From Vermamoeba vermiformis (taxonomy: Eukaryota), in NCBI GenBank assembly GCA_045837725.1, contig JBEWZL010000239.1, forward strand, positions 620,001-684,000: a DNA stretch of 64,000 bases, given 5' to 3'. Shown one piece after another: positions 38,584-52,220 of this stretch. The first letter of the stretch is position 1, and each line of letters starts with the position of its first letter. The notes below the pieces were generated by a model. It made no database searches. It was not told the DNA's origin and saw nothing but the letters and a program-made list of their open reading frames with translations. Position numbers and translations under genes: made by a program.

Positions 38584-41500
38584 TTAAAGTGTTGTGGGGT
38601 CTTTGAGCATGCGATTCTTTGTCGTGCCAATGCTGTGCGACAAAATGAACTGTCTCAATTGGTCGTAGCGCTGCGAGTCCAAGAATAGAGGACGACCGCG
38701 CTTCAAGCCTGGATCTTCTTCACCGTGCGCGTCCAAATAAGGCGAGGAGTATGCAAAGCCAGATCTGTGAGTGGTTAGTCGACTGATCAGCCGGAAACAA
38801 TTTGTCAGTGACATACCGAGTGTTGAACACCAAGACGAGACTTTGACTGACGAGCAGCACAGCGCCTTGACCACGCGAACACTCTTGGCTGTGGTACCAA
38901 CACTCGCCTTCGACTTTGCGTGTCATGCTGTTCTTTCGCTTGCAGCAGTCAGTGCCAGTGCAGCACAACTTGCCGCACAACAAACAGAGCGCTGGTTCAG
39001 TGGGCACTGTGCCACACTTCTCGCACTTGGTTTTGTACGTCTATTGAACGCGTTAGTGTTTGTTGACAACATTATAAAGTGCAGTACCTGAATGACTTGT
39101 ACGAATTCTTTGGGCAGTTTCCACAATTGGAAAGCGGTGGGCACAGAGTTCACGGACAAGAAGTCGCGCCACGACACATTTTCAGGGGCAAATCGTGCCA
39201 ATCGGTCATCGCTCTCTTGCAACTCACGCGTCAAGCCCTTCAGTTTGGCAGCGAGATTTTCAATGCGCGCTTGGACCTTCAAATTGTCGCTCTGATGGTC
39301 TTCTTTGTCGTACTTCTCCTGTTCTACTTTCACTTTATCGTTGAGTTCGTTGCGCTCCTTGTTTTCAGCTTCGAACCACTTCTCCATGGTCGATTTGTAC
39401 CATTCACTGAATCCATTCGTGACATGTGTCATCCACTTGCTCGTCACTTCATGAGCGCCATTATTCGCGGTACCAATAAGCGCATTAGATTCAATGCCGA
39501 CAGCGGTAGCAAGCTTCTCAAACTCTTCGAGAAGTGTTGCTGGCGCGCCTTCATCGGTCATATTCACGTCGCCGTTGTTGTTTTTGGCTGGAGGGTTGTA
39601 AAGCAGCTCTTTCAACAAAGCTACACGACGCAAGAACGGCAGTGTTGAGGCGAGGATCTTCGCCCACTTAGTTGCATCGGCTTGATTGGCATTCGTGTTG
39701 GACGCAGTGTCGCTTGACTCCTTAGGTGCACGAGACAAAATGACTTGTTCGAGCTGTTGAAGAGCAGTTTGAATGTCGTTGTTGACAGCGTAGGTTTGGT
39801 CTCCTTGTTCTGATATGACACGTGTCAAATAAAGTCAAGAGTCAGAGTAAGCTACATACGCGAATAGAACTGGAACCAGTCAGGATAGAAATTGAATGCG
39901 AGGATCGATTGAGCTAATTGAGCTTGATAAATGATGCCCACTGCAGCGGTGAACAGATTGGAATCAATTTCTCTGGTCTTCTTGACACTGACGCTCAAGA
40001 GTAACAAGCGCATCAAGGACTTGAACGAGTCTTCGAGGATGAAGTTCTATCGAATGGACATTAGCACGTGTTCAGTACACCTACTTAGCTGTTCGACTTA
40101 CAGACTCAGTATTGCCCAGGATGATTTGGATCAACAGCTCGAACTTTTCAAATCCTTTCTCGCCGAGCAGATAAGCAAAGGCAATGGCTGATTGCAACAT
40201 GTCGTGCATGAGTGCCTTGGTCTTGGGCTTGATCGAGTTCAAGTCTGCAAAGTGATAGTCGTGTCCATCGCTCGGGGGTTCGAGACCGAGAGCCTTTTCT
40301 TGCTCGAATGTTGATGTTCGTGCTGAGACCTCCAGCAATGACAGCGTGTAGCTCATTGCATTCGAGAGCACCAAAATGAGCTCTTCGCTCACCGCTTGAG
40401 GGAATTCAGAGTCATCTTCCGTGCATGACAGACGATTGGCGAAGCCTTCAAGAGCGTCCTGTGTACAATACGTGCGTTAAACAAAAAACACTCCTGCACG
40501 AATTGCGCTTAACATCTGTGACATACCTTGATCAGAGCCAATGTGTCTGCGTTGGCCAATACGTCAGTCGAGTCCTTTTGAGGACGAGCAAGCTTCGAGT
40601 AATTAGCAAGGACGTTCATCCAGCTTTCAGTCGCGGGAGCTGGATTTTGACTCGGGAATCGAGGCAAGTACGGCACAACGACATTGGACACGCGCTTGCA
40701 CAAAGGACACGCGAACTCGCCGCGAGTGAAGTCCAGTAACGAACCACCCATCAACATTTGTTCAAAGCGTTGTGGCAAGGAGCTGAAGTACTTGTCGTAG
40801 CAATCAAAGTGAATGTTGTGGCCGCACAGCTGCACATAGGGACCGAGATAAGGACTGCGGTGGCGGTGCAATGCGCGGCGTTGTTCAGGGACTACAGCGG
40901 CAAGTGTCAACAGAGCTGAGCGTTGAGCGAGACCAATAGAACCCCAAGGACGAGTGACTGGGTTGTCAAAGGCCTCGCGACACAGCATGCACTCCTCTTC
41001 TTCGTGACCTTCAGATTTTTCTTCACCTTTTTCCTCAGCCTGCAATCACGTTAGAATTGATTGAACAAACGAACATCGTATGACACGTACAGGTTTTTCA
41101 GCCAACTCATCTTTGTGCTTGGACTCGAATTGTTGTTGTCTGTTGGCCATTTGAGCCAGCGCCCGTTGACGTGCTTCCATTGCTTTTCGTTTTCTTTCGG
41201 CCTGTTCATCAGCTGCTGAAACAGGTGCGGGAGCTGAAGAACTGGCGATGAGTTGTTTGAAGTGCGCATTTCTCTCGCTCAAGGTGTTCAAGACCCATTG
41301 AATGCTCGGCTGCACGGCAACATTCTCGCTGTTGGACTTGAGTTCAATCAACTTGCTGAGAATTGTCGACGAGACGCGTGAATCAAATGTGCGTGTCAAG
41401 GAGAAGAAATCGTTTTCAATAGGGCCATCCTTCAGAGCCAAAAGAGCGACTTGAATCAGATAGACTGATTGGTGCAGCGACATTGGCGTGAATTTGTGCA

Positions 41501-44500
41501 AAATATCGAAAATAACGTGATGCAATGCTGGGGCCTTCAATACATCCACTGCAGTCATAGTCTTGTTAGTTTGTAACTTTCATAAGAGAGAACCACTTAC
41601 GCATTGGAGCATATGCTGGGAATATTGAGTGGCTCAATGGCGGAGGAGCCATGACACTATGACCGTCTTTTACACTAAAAAAAACCATCAAAAATCGTAC
41701 TCCGACACGAATTGAGTCTAAGTCAATTACCTCTTTTGAGCGACTTCACGGTACTTCTCGTAGGCCTTTTCACGTTCTTCGGGTGAATAGAACGTGAAGA
41801 ACGGATCAAACACTTTGGTGTACTCAGGCTTCAGTTCAAACGAGCCTTGTTCACGCTCACGTGGCTTCTTGAACACCGCCACTTCTTTGACAATCTTTTC
41901 AACTTCAGGGTGATCTTTTAATTCAATAGGCAAGCCCCTAATAGCACGGTTAGTATGTATTTAGTTTTGGCTTGGTGCCTTACTTCTTGATTTCTGAGAA
42001 AGTACGCTTCTGGATCCAGAGCTTGTGAATCACTTCGCGCTTGATAACTTCACGGTCGTTCAAAGGACCAGGAACGTTCTTGACGAGATTAATCAAGAGA
42101 TACAACATCTCTTCGATCAATGCACGTTGAAGTTTATCTTGTTCTTGTTCATCGGCTGTTTTCGCTTTGTCTTCAGTGGAGATATTTGCTGCAAATCCTT
42201 CGTCGCTGAAGAATTTCAGAACACCGAAGCGGGATAATAGCGATGCAATGAATTCGTTAGGATTCAGCAAGACAGCAGCTGTTTGAAGCATGGCCAAGTC
42301 AATTTCGAGCATGGTGCCTCGCAGTAACTTGGTGCGGTAATTGAATGCTTGACCCACAATAGAATCGCCGTTGCGGACCCACAAATTGAGCTTTGATTGT
42401 GCTACTACGACTTGAATTCTCAATGCATACTCCAACAATCCATTAATGAATGAAGCTCGTTGGGCATCAGAAACGCCAGAAAGAGCAATCATTGGGGCTA
42501 ATGCGTGGTACTTGGCAGGACTAAAGAGTTGTTAGGATGCAAATAGAATACTAGTATTTGCTGCGACTTACTCGGCCCCAACAGCAGCCAACAAGAAGTT
42601 GGTGTAGAGTCGCTGCAGGGGAATGTGGAACGAAATAGGCCTATTGTTATCCTATTAGATTCTTTATCAATCAAATCATCTTCTACTTACTGTGTCATTA
42701 CGTCGTAGTCCACTATTCTGACAGGTGTTGAAAACAAACGATGTTGCAGTTCAGTCATGTTCAAGTTGTCAGTGGCGAGCCATTGCATCAACTTGCCACT
42801 CAAATGCTGCAACAAAGTATCGAGCAGTGGCATCTGTCCTTGGTCGGTAGCTGTCAACGTGTTTTGCGCAACAGCAGCGGTGAATCTTTTTGCCAATAAT
42901 GGGAACACGCATGATTGCGAGTACGAGAGATCAAGTGAACGAGCCCAGCCTTTAGTCTCGGTACCAACATGCTCGCCTGAACGTCGAGTCTCTTGCAATG
43001 CATACTATTGCGATATTAATACCAGCCTCGATGATCTAATTTTCAAACTTACTTGAGAATAATCAAACAATTTACACCACGAGACCAGTGCGTCAAACTG
43101 ATGCTGAAACACGTAATCGACAACAGTGTCAAGTGCGTAAATGTATTCCAAGTTATGATGGATGACACGAATGTAATTGCCCTAAAGCAGTAATTATTAT
43201 TATTAATTCTATTGTTTGTCTGTTTCTTCTTACCTTGATGAGTTGATGACTCCAATCAATCATGTTCTTGTCATTCAACACGCGTTTGATTGCATTGTGA
43301 ATAGTGCTCAATGACACGCGTAGCAGATCGCAGTCTTTGACCAGTTGATAAGTCAAGTTGGGTAGGGTGAACAATTGCACGGAGAGCGTCAACATGGATT
43401 GGTCGTATGATGTCACACCGTGCAATAAGTACTCCACAAAGTTGGAATACAGATCAACATAAGCTGCAGCGAATTGTCTCTTCAAGAACGGGTCCTTCAT
43501 GAGTTGGAAAAAGAATTCTTCGAGAGGTTCTCGCACAGTTTCGGGCATGCAATTGTAAGCGTACATGAGCCAGTACAAGGACGACTTGGTCTTCGTATCG
43601 CTTTTCAATGTCACTATTTGTAGTGATGAAATTCCCAACAGGCGGCGCATGCCATTGTTGGAGTCACCAAACTCAGTCAGCCAACGCAACAAAGTAATGA
43701 CCTTCAACATGGTTAGTTGTGTCGCATGAAATATTTTGACTTACAGTGCTGTCGAGCATCACTGAACAACCGCCTTTGATCTCATTCTTTATGTTGATTT
43801 TGCCAAGAATTTCTCCTGCTTCACGGCATTGCTCTTCAGTGCCCACACGCACCACAGCACTGGTTCAATTGGTCAAATGGTTACATCGACATTTGCTGGC
43901 TTACCAATTCAAAGAGTCGGCGAGCATGCCGAATGACATGGCTTCAGTGACACTGAGGCCTGGTACTGCGAGTTTGAGCTGATCAATCACTTCATCAAAG
44001 CTGTGCTCGTCGTCGTTGTACATCAAAGTCACCCACGCGTCTTGCAGTGTTTTGTTCTTGCTCAGTTTTTGGAAGTAAAGGTAATTATCGTCCTATTTGT
44101 TGTTAGTGCTTAATTTGAGTTTGTAGTCTTACCTTATGAGCCAAGGTCTTGCCGAGTGGCTCTAAGATAGCTCTGCCGAGAATTTTGACAACTTCTTTGA
44201 CATTGTCAGCGACGTGTTCTGTAGGGTCATCGTCCTCGCTCACTCCTTGGTGATATTTACAATTGCCCTGGTGACAGCGTGTTAATAGAACAACAGTGAC
44301 ACTTTACCAACAGAATTACCTGAGGACGCCATGCCTCGGGGTCTCCGCAGTCGCAGCAGCCACCACCAGTCTTATTAGCGTACCAGTCGTGCTTTGAGTG
44401 ATCGCTGTTCTTAAAACATTCCTCGCAAATAGCGCAGCTCTCGTCGATCTGAGAAAGAATTAGAAAATAGAAACGTAGTCAGAATAGCGTACCGAACATT

Positions 44501-44978
44501 CGCGACAATGATACGCCATATCACCTTCTTTGTACACCTTGCCACAAATTCCTGATTTACTCTTGCTATTCAGGACTGCGAGTGTTTTTTTGGGATCTCC
44601 TCTAAAACAATCAATGTCAGCTTCCACGACGAGCCGAATATATTTTATAAAATGTATTAAATATACTTAAGAAGTACTAAGTGGTAAAGGTCACATGCAA
44701 ACGTGCCAGAAAAGCAGAAAAATTAACGGGACCAAAGATCTTACAGGAAAACATTTAAATTCTACTTACAGGCAGCATAACCATGATAGCCAATTGCTTA
44801 ATTGGTCATTACTCAATCTTTCTGAAATTAGACGATTAATCAGCCGAGGAAGCAAACTCGAGATCTGATCCAGGCCTCCAGGCTGCAGAGACAAGTCTCT
44901 TATGTAATTGGCGCAATATTGCGGCCCTTTTGAATATAAATCATTGATATTCGAAGAGAGCTCTGTTTGTGACTCCAT
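38584..44978 (-). CDS. UBR1: UBR1/2-type N-recognin E3 ubiquitin ligase
   Basis: UBR box (CGKV..YHCREC..CAICEECF..GGCCDCGDPEAW), ClpS-like YNDDEHSF, SFHIPL, WVRNG, RING (CMLC...CGH..H..C...CPLC), PYLDAHGEED. Confidence 0.93.
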
Positions 44979-45172
44979 CTGTAAAAGCGAAATAATAGTT
45001 CGATGTTTTTCACCTTCTGATGACCAAACAAGGAACAAATTAGTCAATGTAGTCAATGTTCGTAAAACGAGTGCAGTGCGCTGTAAATTAGTACGTGTTC
45101 GAACGATTGGATTGTTGCGCGGGTCATTGATTTTTCAAATCTGGGCGCCATATTTGTTTGTAAATATTTTAG

Positions 45173-45402
45173 CATTATATTTATACTTTAGACGTGCCAA
45201 AATTCGCAAAAGAGGTCGACAACTTCCCTCTTACTGTGGTATTCAACCCTAAAATCGAATTTTTGCTTCGACACGAGAAAATCCAGATGATCGAGTCTTG
45301 TCTGTCTGTGCCGGGCTTGACAGGCAAAGTTGAACGATACAACAACTTAATTATGACATACGTTGATGAGAATGGTATCGAGAAGAAGCTTGGTGCCACA
45401 GG
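45173..45402 (+). pseudogene. Orphan exon resembling the middle of a peptide deformylase
   Basis: AG/GT-bounded exon FPLTVVFNPKI...ESCLSVPGLTGKVERY...YVDENG matches PDF motif 2 and its flanks. No GxGxAAxQ or HExxH exon is visible nearby. Confidence 0.6.
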
Positions 45403-45998
45403 GTAAGTGTTGATTGTGCGCTGCCACCGGTGTCGTTGTTTAATATGGTAAGTCATCGTTATATTGAATATCGTAGAATGCCTAATTAATTCGATTACAT
45501 GTCGCATTAAATTTATTTTCGAATTGAATTTCAAAATTTACCTTCCTTATTTCTAATGTTGGTATATAACCTCAGCCTCAATATTGCTCTATGGAATTTA
45601 ATCCCGTGGCCAGTAGGTTTAGCTCCACTCACACTCATAAAACGATTTCTCCTCCATCTGATCGACTTACTTAACGAGTCCGACTAGCCAAAATTGAGCT
45701 AATTAAAGCGTCATCGATCTCCATTGCGGTGTTATTCCCAGGTTAATTCATGAAGCTCGTGCAAAACTGCGCAGAGATTAGCGGGAGATTAGCGGAACAA
45801 TTACTCCGGTCCATTTCGCTCCAAATACGGCATAATCCGACTACACCGATCACACCATCGCAAAAATTCTTGTTTCGAAAAGGTGCGTTATTTATTTGTA
45901 ACTTTGTATCGAACAGACCACGGCAGATCCTCTTGTTGGAAATTCAAGTCAAGGCAACAAAGATCCAGGACCTGGTCAACTGTGTATAATATATTTAA

Positions 45999-48900
45999 AT
46001 GGACAGCATTTCAATCAGTACTGAATGGCCCGATGATCCTACTAATCTATATGGCTGGATTTCTTACGCAATCGTACGTAAGAGCGTATTTGCGCTCAGA
46101 TCTGTCATGAAAACTCAACCGACTAATTTCATACTTTAGTCTGTGGCTATATTCCCCGCTCTATTAATCATTTTTGCTCTTGCTGCACCATGCGTGTTTA
46201 GCATCGTCTGTTGCTGCCGAAAGTAAGTGTCAGCCAATCAACCAAGCTAGATCTGGTTTTAAATTGCGTGTGTACGAATTTTAATTTCAATTTCAGGTAC
46301 GGCAAATGTGGTTCCCTGCCGACAGACTCTTCTGACTATAACTTGCGAGAACGAGCTACAGCAGCAGCAGTTACTTCGGTGGCTGTCGGAATTATTATGT
46401 ACGTGCATTGTTCATTGGTGGATCTTCTAACCGTAGCATTGTCAGTGGTGCTACCATTTGTTTAGGTGTAATGGCGCCTCTTATTCGAGAAGATGTTCGC
46501 AATTCAGTTTCTACTGTTACTTACGCAGCGCGGGGTGTAGCGGGATTTATTGAGGGCTTCGACGCATCATTGGACAGCTTAGGGTAAGCTCCGAGCATTG
46601 AAATATACACACCATGTATCTAATGACTTGAATAGGGGAGTTATCTTGTCGACGGTTAATGATACCTTGAATGAAACCAGACAATTTCCGATCGAAGAGT
46701 TTCTCCTGAAAACTTTTGCTATTCAAGACTCAATTAACATGGTATGGCATAAAAGACGTTATAGTGGTGTGGATTATCTAATTTTCTATATTTAGACTCG
46801 AAATGAAGTGTTCAATATTCGTTCAGAAACTTTGCAAGTGGATTTGGTTTTGGAACTGTTGCGAAGTGCGTCAAAGTTTAATTTATCCATGCAACGAATA
46901 TTAAACGTTCTTAATAATAGATAATATGTTGGAGGTGGAGCAGGGGCAGCAAAATGGATCAATTCCCAATTTTACGATCCCAGATGCGTTCTCCTTTAAC
47001 GCTACTGAGGACTCTGACCTGACCCTGAACTATATGAACGAGGGACTACAAGCAGCAATTGATAGAATGAACAGTCTCCGCGATCAAGGTACGGTCATGC
47101 GAGGTCTGTAATTAGCTCTGGAACTAACTCCACAAAATTCAGTGCTCTCGATCTATCTCTCGCTGACCACTCAGTCCTCTATCAATGTTGAGCCTATTAT
47201 TCAGCGCATTGATGATATTCAGAACTCATTTCAAGGCCAATTGACCTCAATGACTAGTGTCATTGACGGCACTGTCGATGAGATCAACTCGGTACGCTCA
47301 ACTGTCACCACCGTCGATAACATTAGGTAAAGCAAATACAAATCTACATTGTATGGTCATGCTAAACGTACATTAGAATGTGGGCCCTGCTTGCTATTCT
47401 CGGCGCAAACATTCTTCTGATCTGCGCTTTCTACTTGTTTTTCTTTGCCAAAGAGAACAGACTTCTCAAAGTGTAAGTATCATTATAATACAGTGCTATC
47501 TAAAGGCCTTCAGCTAATAACATTCAATTTCAGCCCTTTGGTCTCGATCGCGTTCTTTGTCGTCATTTTATTCTTAATTACTGCGGTCTACTTCGTCATG
47601 TGGAAAGCGAACAAAGATGTCTGCGACAATACAGAGTCATATTTACAGAAACCTAGTGTCCAGAACTCACTCAAGCAGTTGCTTATGACAGATGCGACTG
47701 CCATTGTTCGAGTTGGTTACAACACCTCCTCCGCTGATTTGGAGCCTAGCGGCAATACTACTGTGCAATCTCCGATCGACAAAGTACTCGGAGCAGTATT
47801 ATCAGTAAGTGCATTGAGCGTCCATTCGAATTATAATTCTAATTATTCCATGGACAGGATCCAACACCAATCCTGTATTGTTCCCGCGAGACCACAATTA
47901 TGCAACTCTATAATCTCGACCTATTGGACATTTTCGGACTCGCTGATATTCTCAACGTGACTATTTCAAGCGGAGTTCAGACCTTTACTGAAGAGATGAA
48001 GCGACAAACTGACATAGCAGATGCGCTCGTTCAATTGAACGACCTTCAATCTGGACTGGAAGGAATGCGCAATATGTTGAACTCCTACAGCTCAAACAGC
48101 ACTCACGTCATGGAACTCGTTGCCAATGCGACGATCCAAGTTTCCGATCTGTCCCAGTACGGCTACAACGAAACAGCGCACAATGAGGTGATGAACGATA
48201 TTAATGGTGTCACTGTCACCTACAACTTGTTCTATGATATTTATAATGTCTCCTCGCTCAATGTAAGTCAAGCATCAATTCTTTGCAATACTGCAGCGGA
48301 TTAATCCTTGTGTTCCAAAAAAGGCAAGTGATCCAACTTTCAATGGATTAACGCCCGCAGAACGTGATAATTTGCAACAAAATCGCGACAAAGCAGTCTC
48401 AATGACTCAATATCGTATGGGCGTCGAACAAAAGATTCAACCGACCTTGGATTTGCTCCACAACATCACGGGCAACTTACAGATGTTGCTCGGACACGTC
48501 CAGAACATCAACGGTTCTATTCAAGGTATGTAACAGTGATTGAATACTGCCCAGCCCCAGTAAGGCTAACGCTCCTATTCAGTCATGCTGGACAAGAAAG
48601 CCATGCTCGTGACTCAATTGACGGAGATGCAAGCGGAGTTGATGGCTGACTTGCACAAGATCTACTTAGCCCTCGATAGTGTGATCGACAATGTGCACAA
48701 CAAGACTCAGCGATTGGAGTTCGGTCGATGTGCTTGGCTCGGTGCATTCTGGGCTGGAGGAGATCCCGACAACACGGGCACTCCTTCACTGCACGAACAG
48801 TTCTGCGACGCGTTCTCGGTGCACTTGACTCTCTCGACTTGGGCCCTGTTCATCCTCGCACTCGCCATGGTCGTGGCGTGGGCACTGATGGTCGTCTATC

Positions 48901-49199
48901 ACAATCGTTTGAGAAGGCCCAAGACCCCGCCAGTGCTTGGCGCACACGTGCACGTCAATCCCTTCATGCGCCCTTCGTCCTCTGCTGGTCAAATTGCCGC
49001 GTCTACAGTCTGGGGTCACGGTGCTTGGGGCCCGACGAACCCTTACTACGCCTCACCCGTGGCAGAGTACGTGAATCCGTACTACGCAGTCAAAATGACC
49101 GTGATCACCGCTGATAACGCTAACAACCCTCACCCTGGAAAATCAGACGACACACCACGAGACAAAACTCCGCGAGACAAAACTCCTCGCGATCCTTAA
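45999..49199 (+). CDS. Prominin-like five-TM glycoprotein; start uncertain
   Basis: TM1, Cys-rich loop (CCCRKYGKCG), TM2, large helical N-glycosylation-rich loop, TM3-TM4, second large loop with cysteines, TM5 and a cytosolic tail. Many short introns. Confidence 0.55.
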
Positions 49200-49330
49200 A
49201 ATAATTCATAATTACCGTCTGACTCAGATCAAGGTATTAAATTTTGAATTTTTGCGATGTAAATACTTGTAAAATAAACTGTACATGTTCAATGATATCG
49301 CACATGTGTTTATCTTTGTACGGACTTCGA
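49158..49330 (+). repeat. ~170-bp direct repeat, copy 1 (last 13 codons and 3' region of the prominin-like gene)
   Basis: cgagacaaaactccgcga...taattaccgtctgact(t)cagatcaaggtattaaattttga...tgcgatgtaaatacttgtaaa...tgtttatctttgtacggac.tcga is shared with 52221-52390. Confidence 0.95.
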
Positions 49331-49380
49331 ACTTCGCGCCTTTTTTTATTTCTCTTTTATTTTAAACAACAAGTACACAA

Positions 49381-52145
49381 ATGGAGCATAATAATAAGTG
49401 CCGTTTGTTTACAAAAAAATGGGCAATAGCCACCGCAGACGCGGAGCATCGGTTAGACAACTATAGCGAGGTGGAATACGGCGAGCGGATGGCAACGCCC
49501 AGCAAAGCTTGCAACAAAACTGATGACGTCCATGGTAATTCTACTTCAATGTAATTACGCTGAAACTAATAGAAGTTCTCGCAGATATCATCCAAGAACT
49601 TCAAAAGATTAATATCAAAACACCTGGCAAATTACGCAGTTTTTCTAAGGTAACTTACTTTCCGTATGAATTAATTTAACAACCTTACAGAGTCTTTCGT
49701 CAAGCTCTAGCGCAAAATTTTCGTCTCCTGATTTTCCTAACTCGACCCTTGCAGATCATAACATCACTTTTTTGGAAGGAGCAAGTATCTCCGAGCTTGC
49801 TCAGAACGGTTTCGCAGACTTTCCTTTTATAATATTTGAAAAAGAGTTGCCCTTAGAGAGAGCGAGCCTGTCCAAGCTCCAGCGCTCTGTAATCGATCAA
49901 GAGCTACCCGTACGTTTCTTTTTATATTTATTGACTCACTAAAGATTTAATCTATAGGTTCACGACTACAAAGTGATTTGGCTCGAAAAAGGCGATAAAC
50001 ACGTGTTGACCAAGAATGGTGCAAACTGGGAAATTGAAGACGAAATAACCGAAGAACGCAGCGTCCTCTTCCAACCTTTTTTAAAGAAATTTGGTAAGAA
50101 GAGCCAAACAGGACGCAGGTCGGAAGACGCCGTTGGTGCGCCGATCCGAGACTTGTGCGGTGACCTGTTCTTCGTTAGCACAGGGTAAGTCATTTTTCGG
50201 TTAATAGCAATTTTGTCAAAATAATGACAGCTATTATTAGCAACAATCACCATATGCAGAATAGCCTTTATCAAGGTCCACTCACCTGCGAGCATCTAAA
50301 GCCGGACTTCGTCGCTGGTCCATTTGATATCATCGAGGAGAAAGTAGTTTCTGCTCTTGGTTTAGAGTCGCTTTTGGAGACAGCCGATCTCCTTTCAAGT
50401 TTTGATGTTGTTCCTGGTACTACAGTACACCCACTGCCATTTATTGTGGGCGAACTCAAAAAAGAAAACAAACCCTATTGTGCAGAGGACGGGTAAGTCA
50501 ATATCGAGCGATTAAGCGACAGTTAGCTAACTCCGCTTTAAGATACAAAGTAATGGTCGAGATGCTCATTGTTCGACTCGCACTTGACGCCTTGTTCGAG
50601 AAACCACCAGCCTATACATTCGGCATCCTTGAGGCTCATCACGAGTGGAGAATATTTGCAATGGTCAAAAATGGCGCAGGATATACCGTTGCCGAGATCT
50701 TCTTCGCGAATGATGCGAGAATGTTGGATCGCGTCTATATCGCCACCGTACTGCTTCGTTTGGCGACGTTCTTTGTGTGGCAGTTGCAATGTCTTAAACT
50801 TGTGTCTAAAGAACAACAAGAAGCGCTGAAGGAATTGTTTAAGCAAAAACAGACGCCTCGGACCACTCGCGCCAGTCATGAAAAAGAAACCAATGACATA
50901 GATGACGGATCTGATGCAGATGACGAGGATGATATAAATGACGGAGATGACGGAGACCCAAGTAAGAGAAGGAAATCTGAGGAGAAGAGTGAAAAAGGAC
51001 AAACGAATAACTTATCGGACGTGCGCCAGGTAAGTAATGCCGATGAAGTTTAACTACTATAGTGTTCTAATATTGTACAGTTAAACGGCAACGTTTTTTT
51101 GGCCAAGTGTCAAGGCGAAGATTGCATCATTAAAGTGGGGGAGATCCGCAAAATTCGACGAGAGTATACTAGATACAGGGAACTCCGAGGTAAATAACAA
51201 ATGCAATCAGAAAATATTTTACTAATTACAATTAGATTCTCAGTACATTGCTGAGTTACGGGCCGCGCACCAACTGAGTGCTACACGCGCATTCCTCGTG
51301 TTGAAACCATACAAACCCCTTCCCGTCTTCAAGTCAAAAGCTGACTTATTGCGCATAACAAAGCAATTACTCAGCGTATGTAAATTTGTCCAATCATATG
51401 TGTTAATATTGGGGTAGGTTTTGGCAGTCTTGCATGAACGAAGATTGGTTCATGGCGACATTAAAAATGGAAATATAGTGTGGGATGAAGCTACCAATAG
51501 CATCAAATTAATCGATTTTGAGGTAACGTTGGCATTAATGCTCCCTTATCACTGAATTCTAACGGCTATCCAGACGTGTGTACAGTTACCAAGCGGTGCT
51601 TTCTTTAAAACGCATCATGGAACAGAGCTTTTCAAAGCACCGGAGCTGCTTGAGGGACGTTGGTGTTCTGAAAAAGTCGACATATACTCGGCTGGTTTAG
51701 TGTGCGCAGCCATGGTTAGTTTCTGTTGTTCAACCGTTGGAGTCGCTCAACTAACGCGTTAACTCAGGTGTACGGTGGACAGATTCACACCACACATGCA
51801 CGTGAAGCGATACTCAAAGGCGTATTTTCGTCGCAAGTACCTCCGGAGTTTGCTGCTGTCATTCGTATGTTGAGGAATGGTTTTTTAACCAAACTAATGA
51901 TTGAATTAGCATTATTAAAGGGCATGCTGGCCGCAGCACCAGAAGATAGAATATCTGCCGACGAAGCTTTAACGATGTTGAATACTTTGGAAAATGAACA
52001 GGTCGCAACTGGCGTCCTGCCGTCTTCGGTGCCAGTTCGTGATGACAAAGAAAATCAACACGAAGCTAAGCCAAAGAAACCATTGGCTCAGCCTCAGCGA
52101 GCTCCGTTGGAGGGCATTATTAATTTAAGTCGGGTTCATAAATAA
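49381..52145 (+). CDS. PD-(D/E)xK restriction-endonuclease-fold domain fused to a Ser/Thr-type kinase (Crinkler/CR-effector-like)
   Basis: Twelve exons splice in frame. Nuclease part: SEDAV...KPDF...IVGELKK...FGIL....WRIF. Acidic linker. Kinase part: IIK, HGDIKNGN, IDFE, GTELFKAPE, DIYSAG, DRISA. Confidence 0.8.
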
Positions 52146-52220
52146 GTTGTTCCATGTAAATATGTAATAACGTAATAGTAAACTGTAAATATCTTTTCCG
52201 CCGTACTCGCGTCCACGGTG

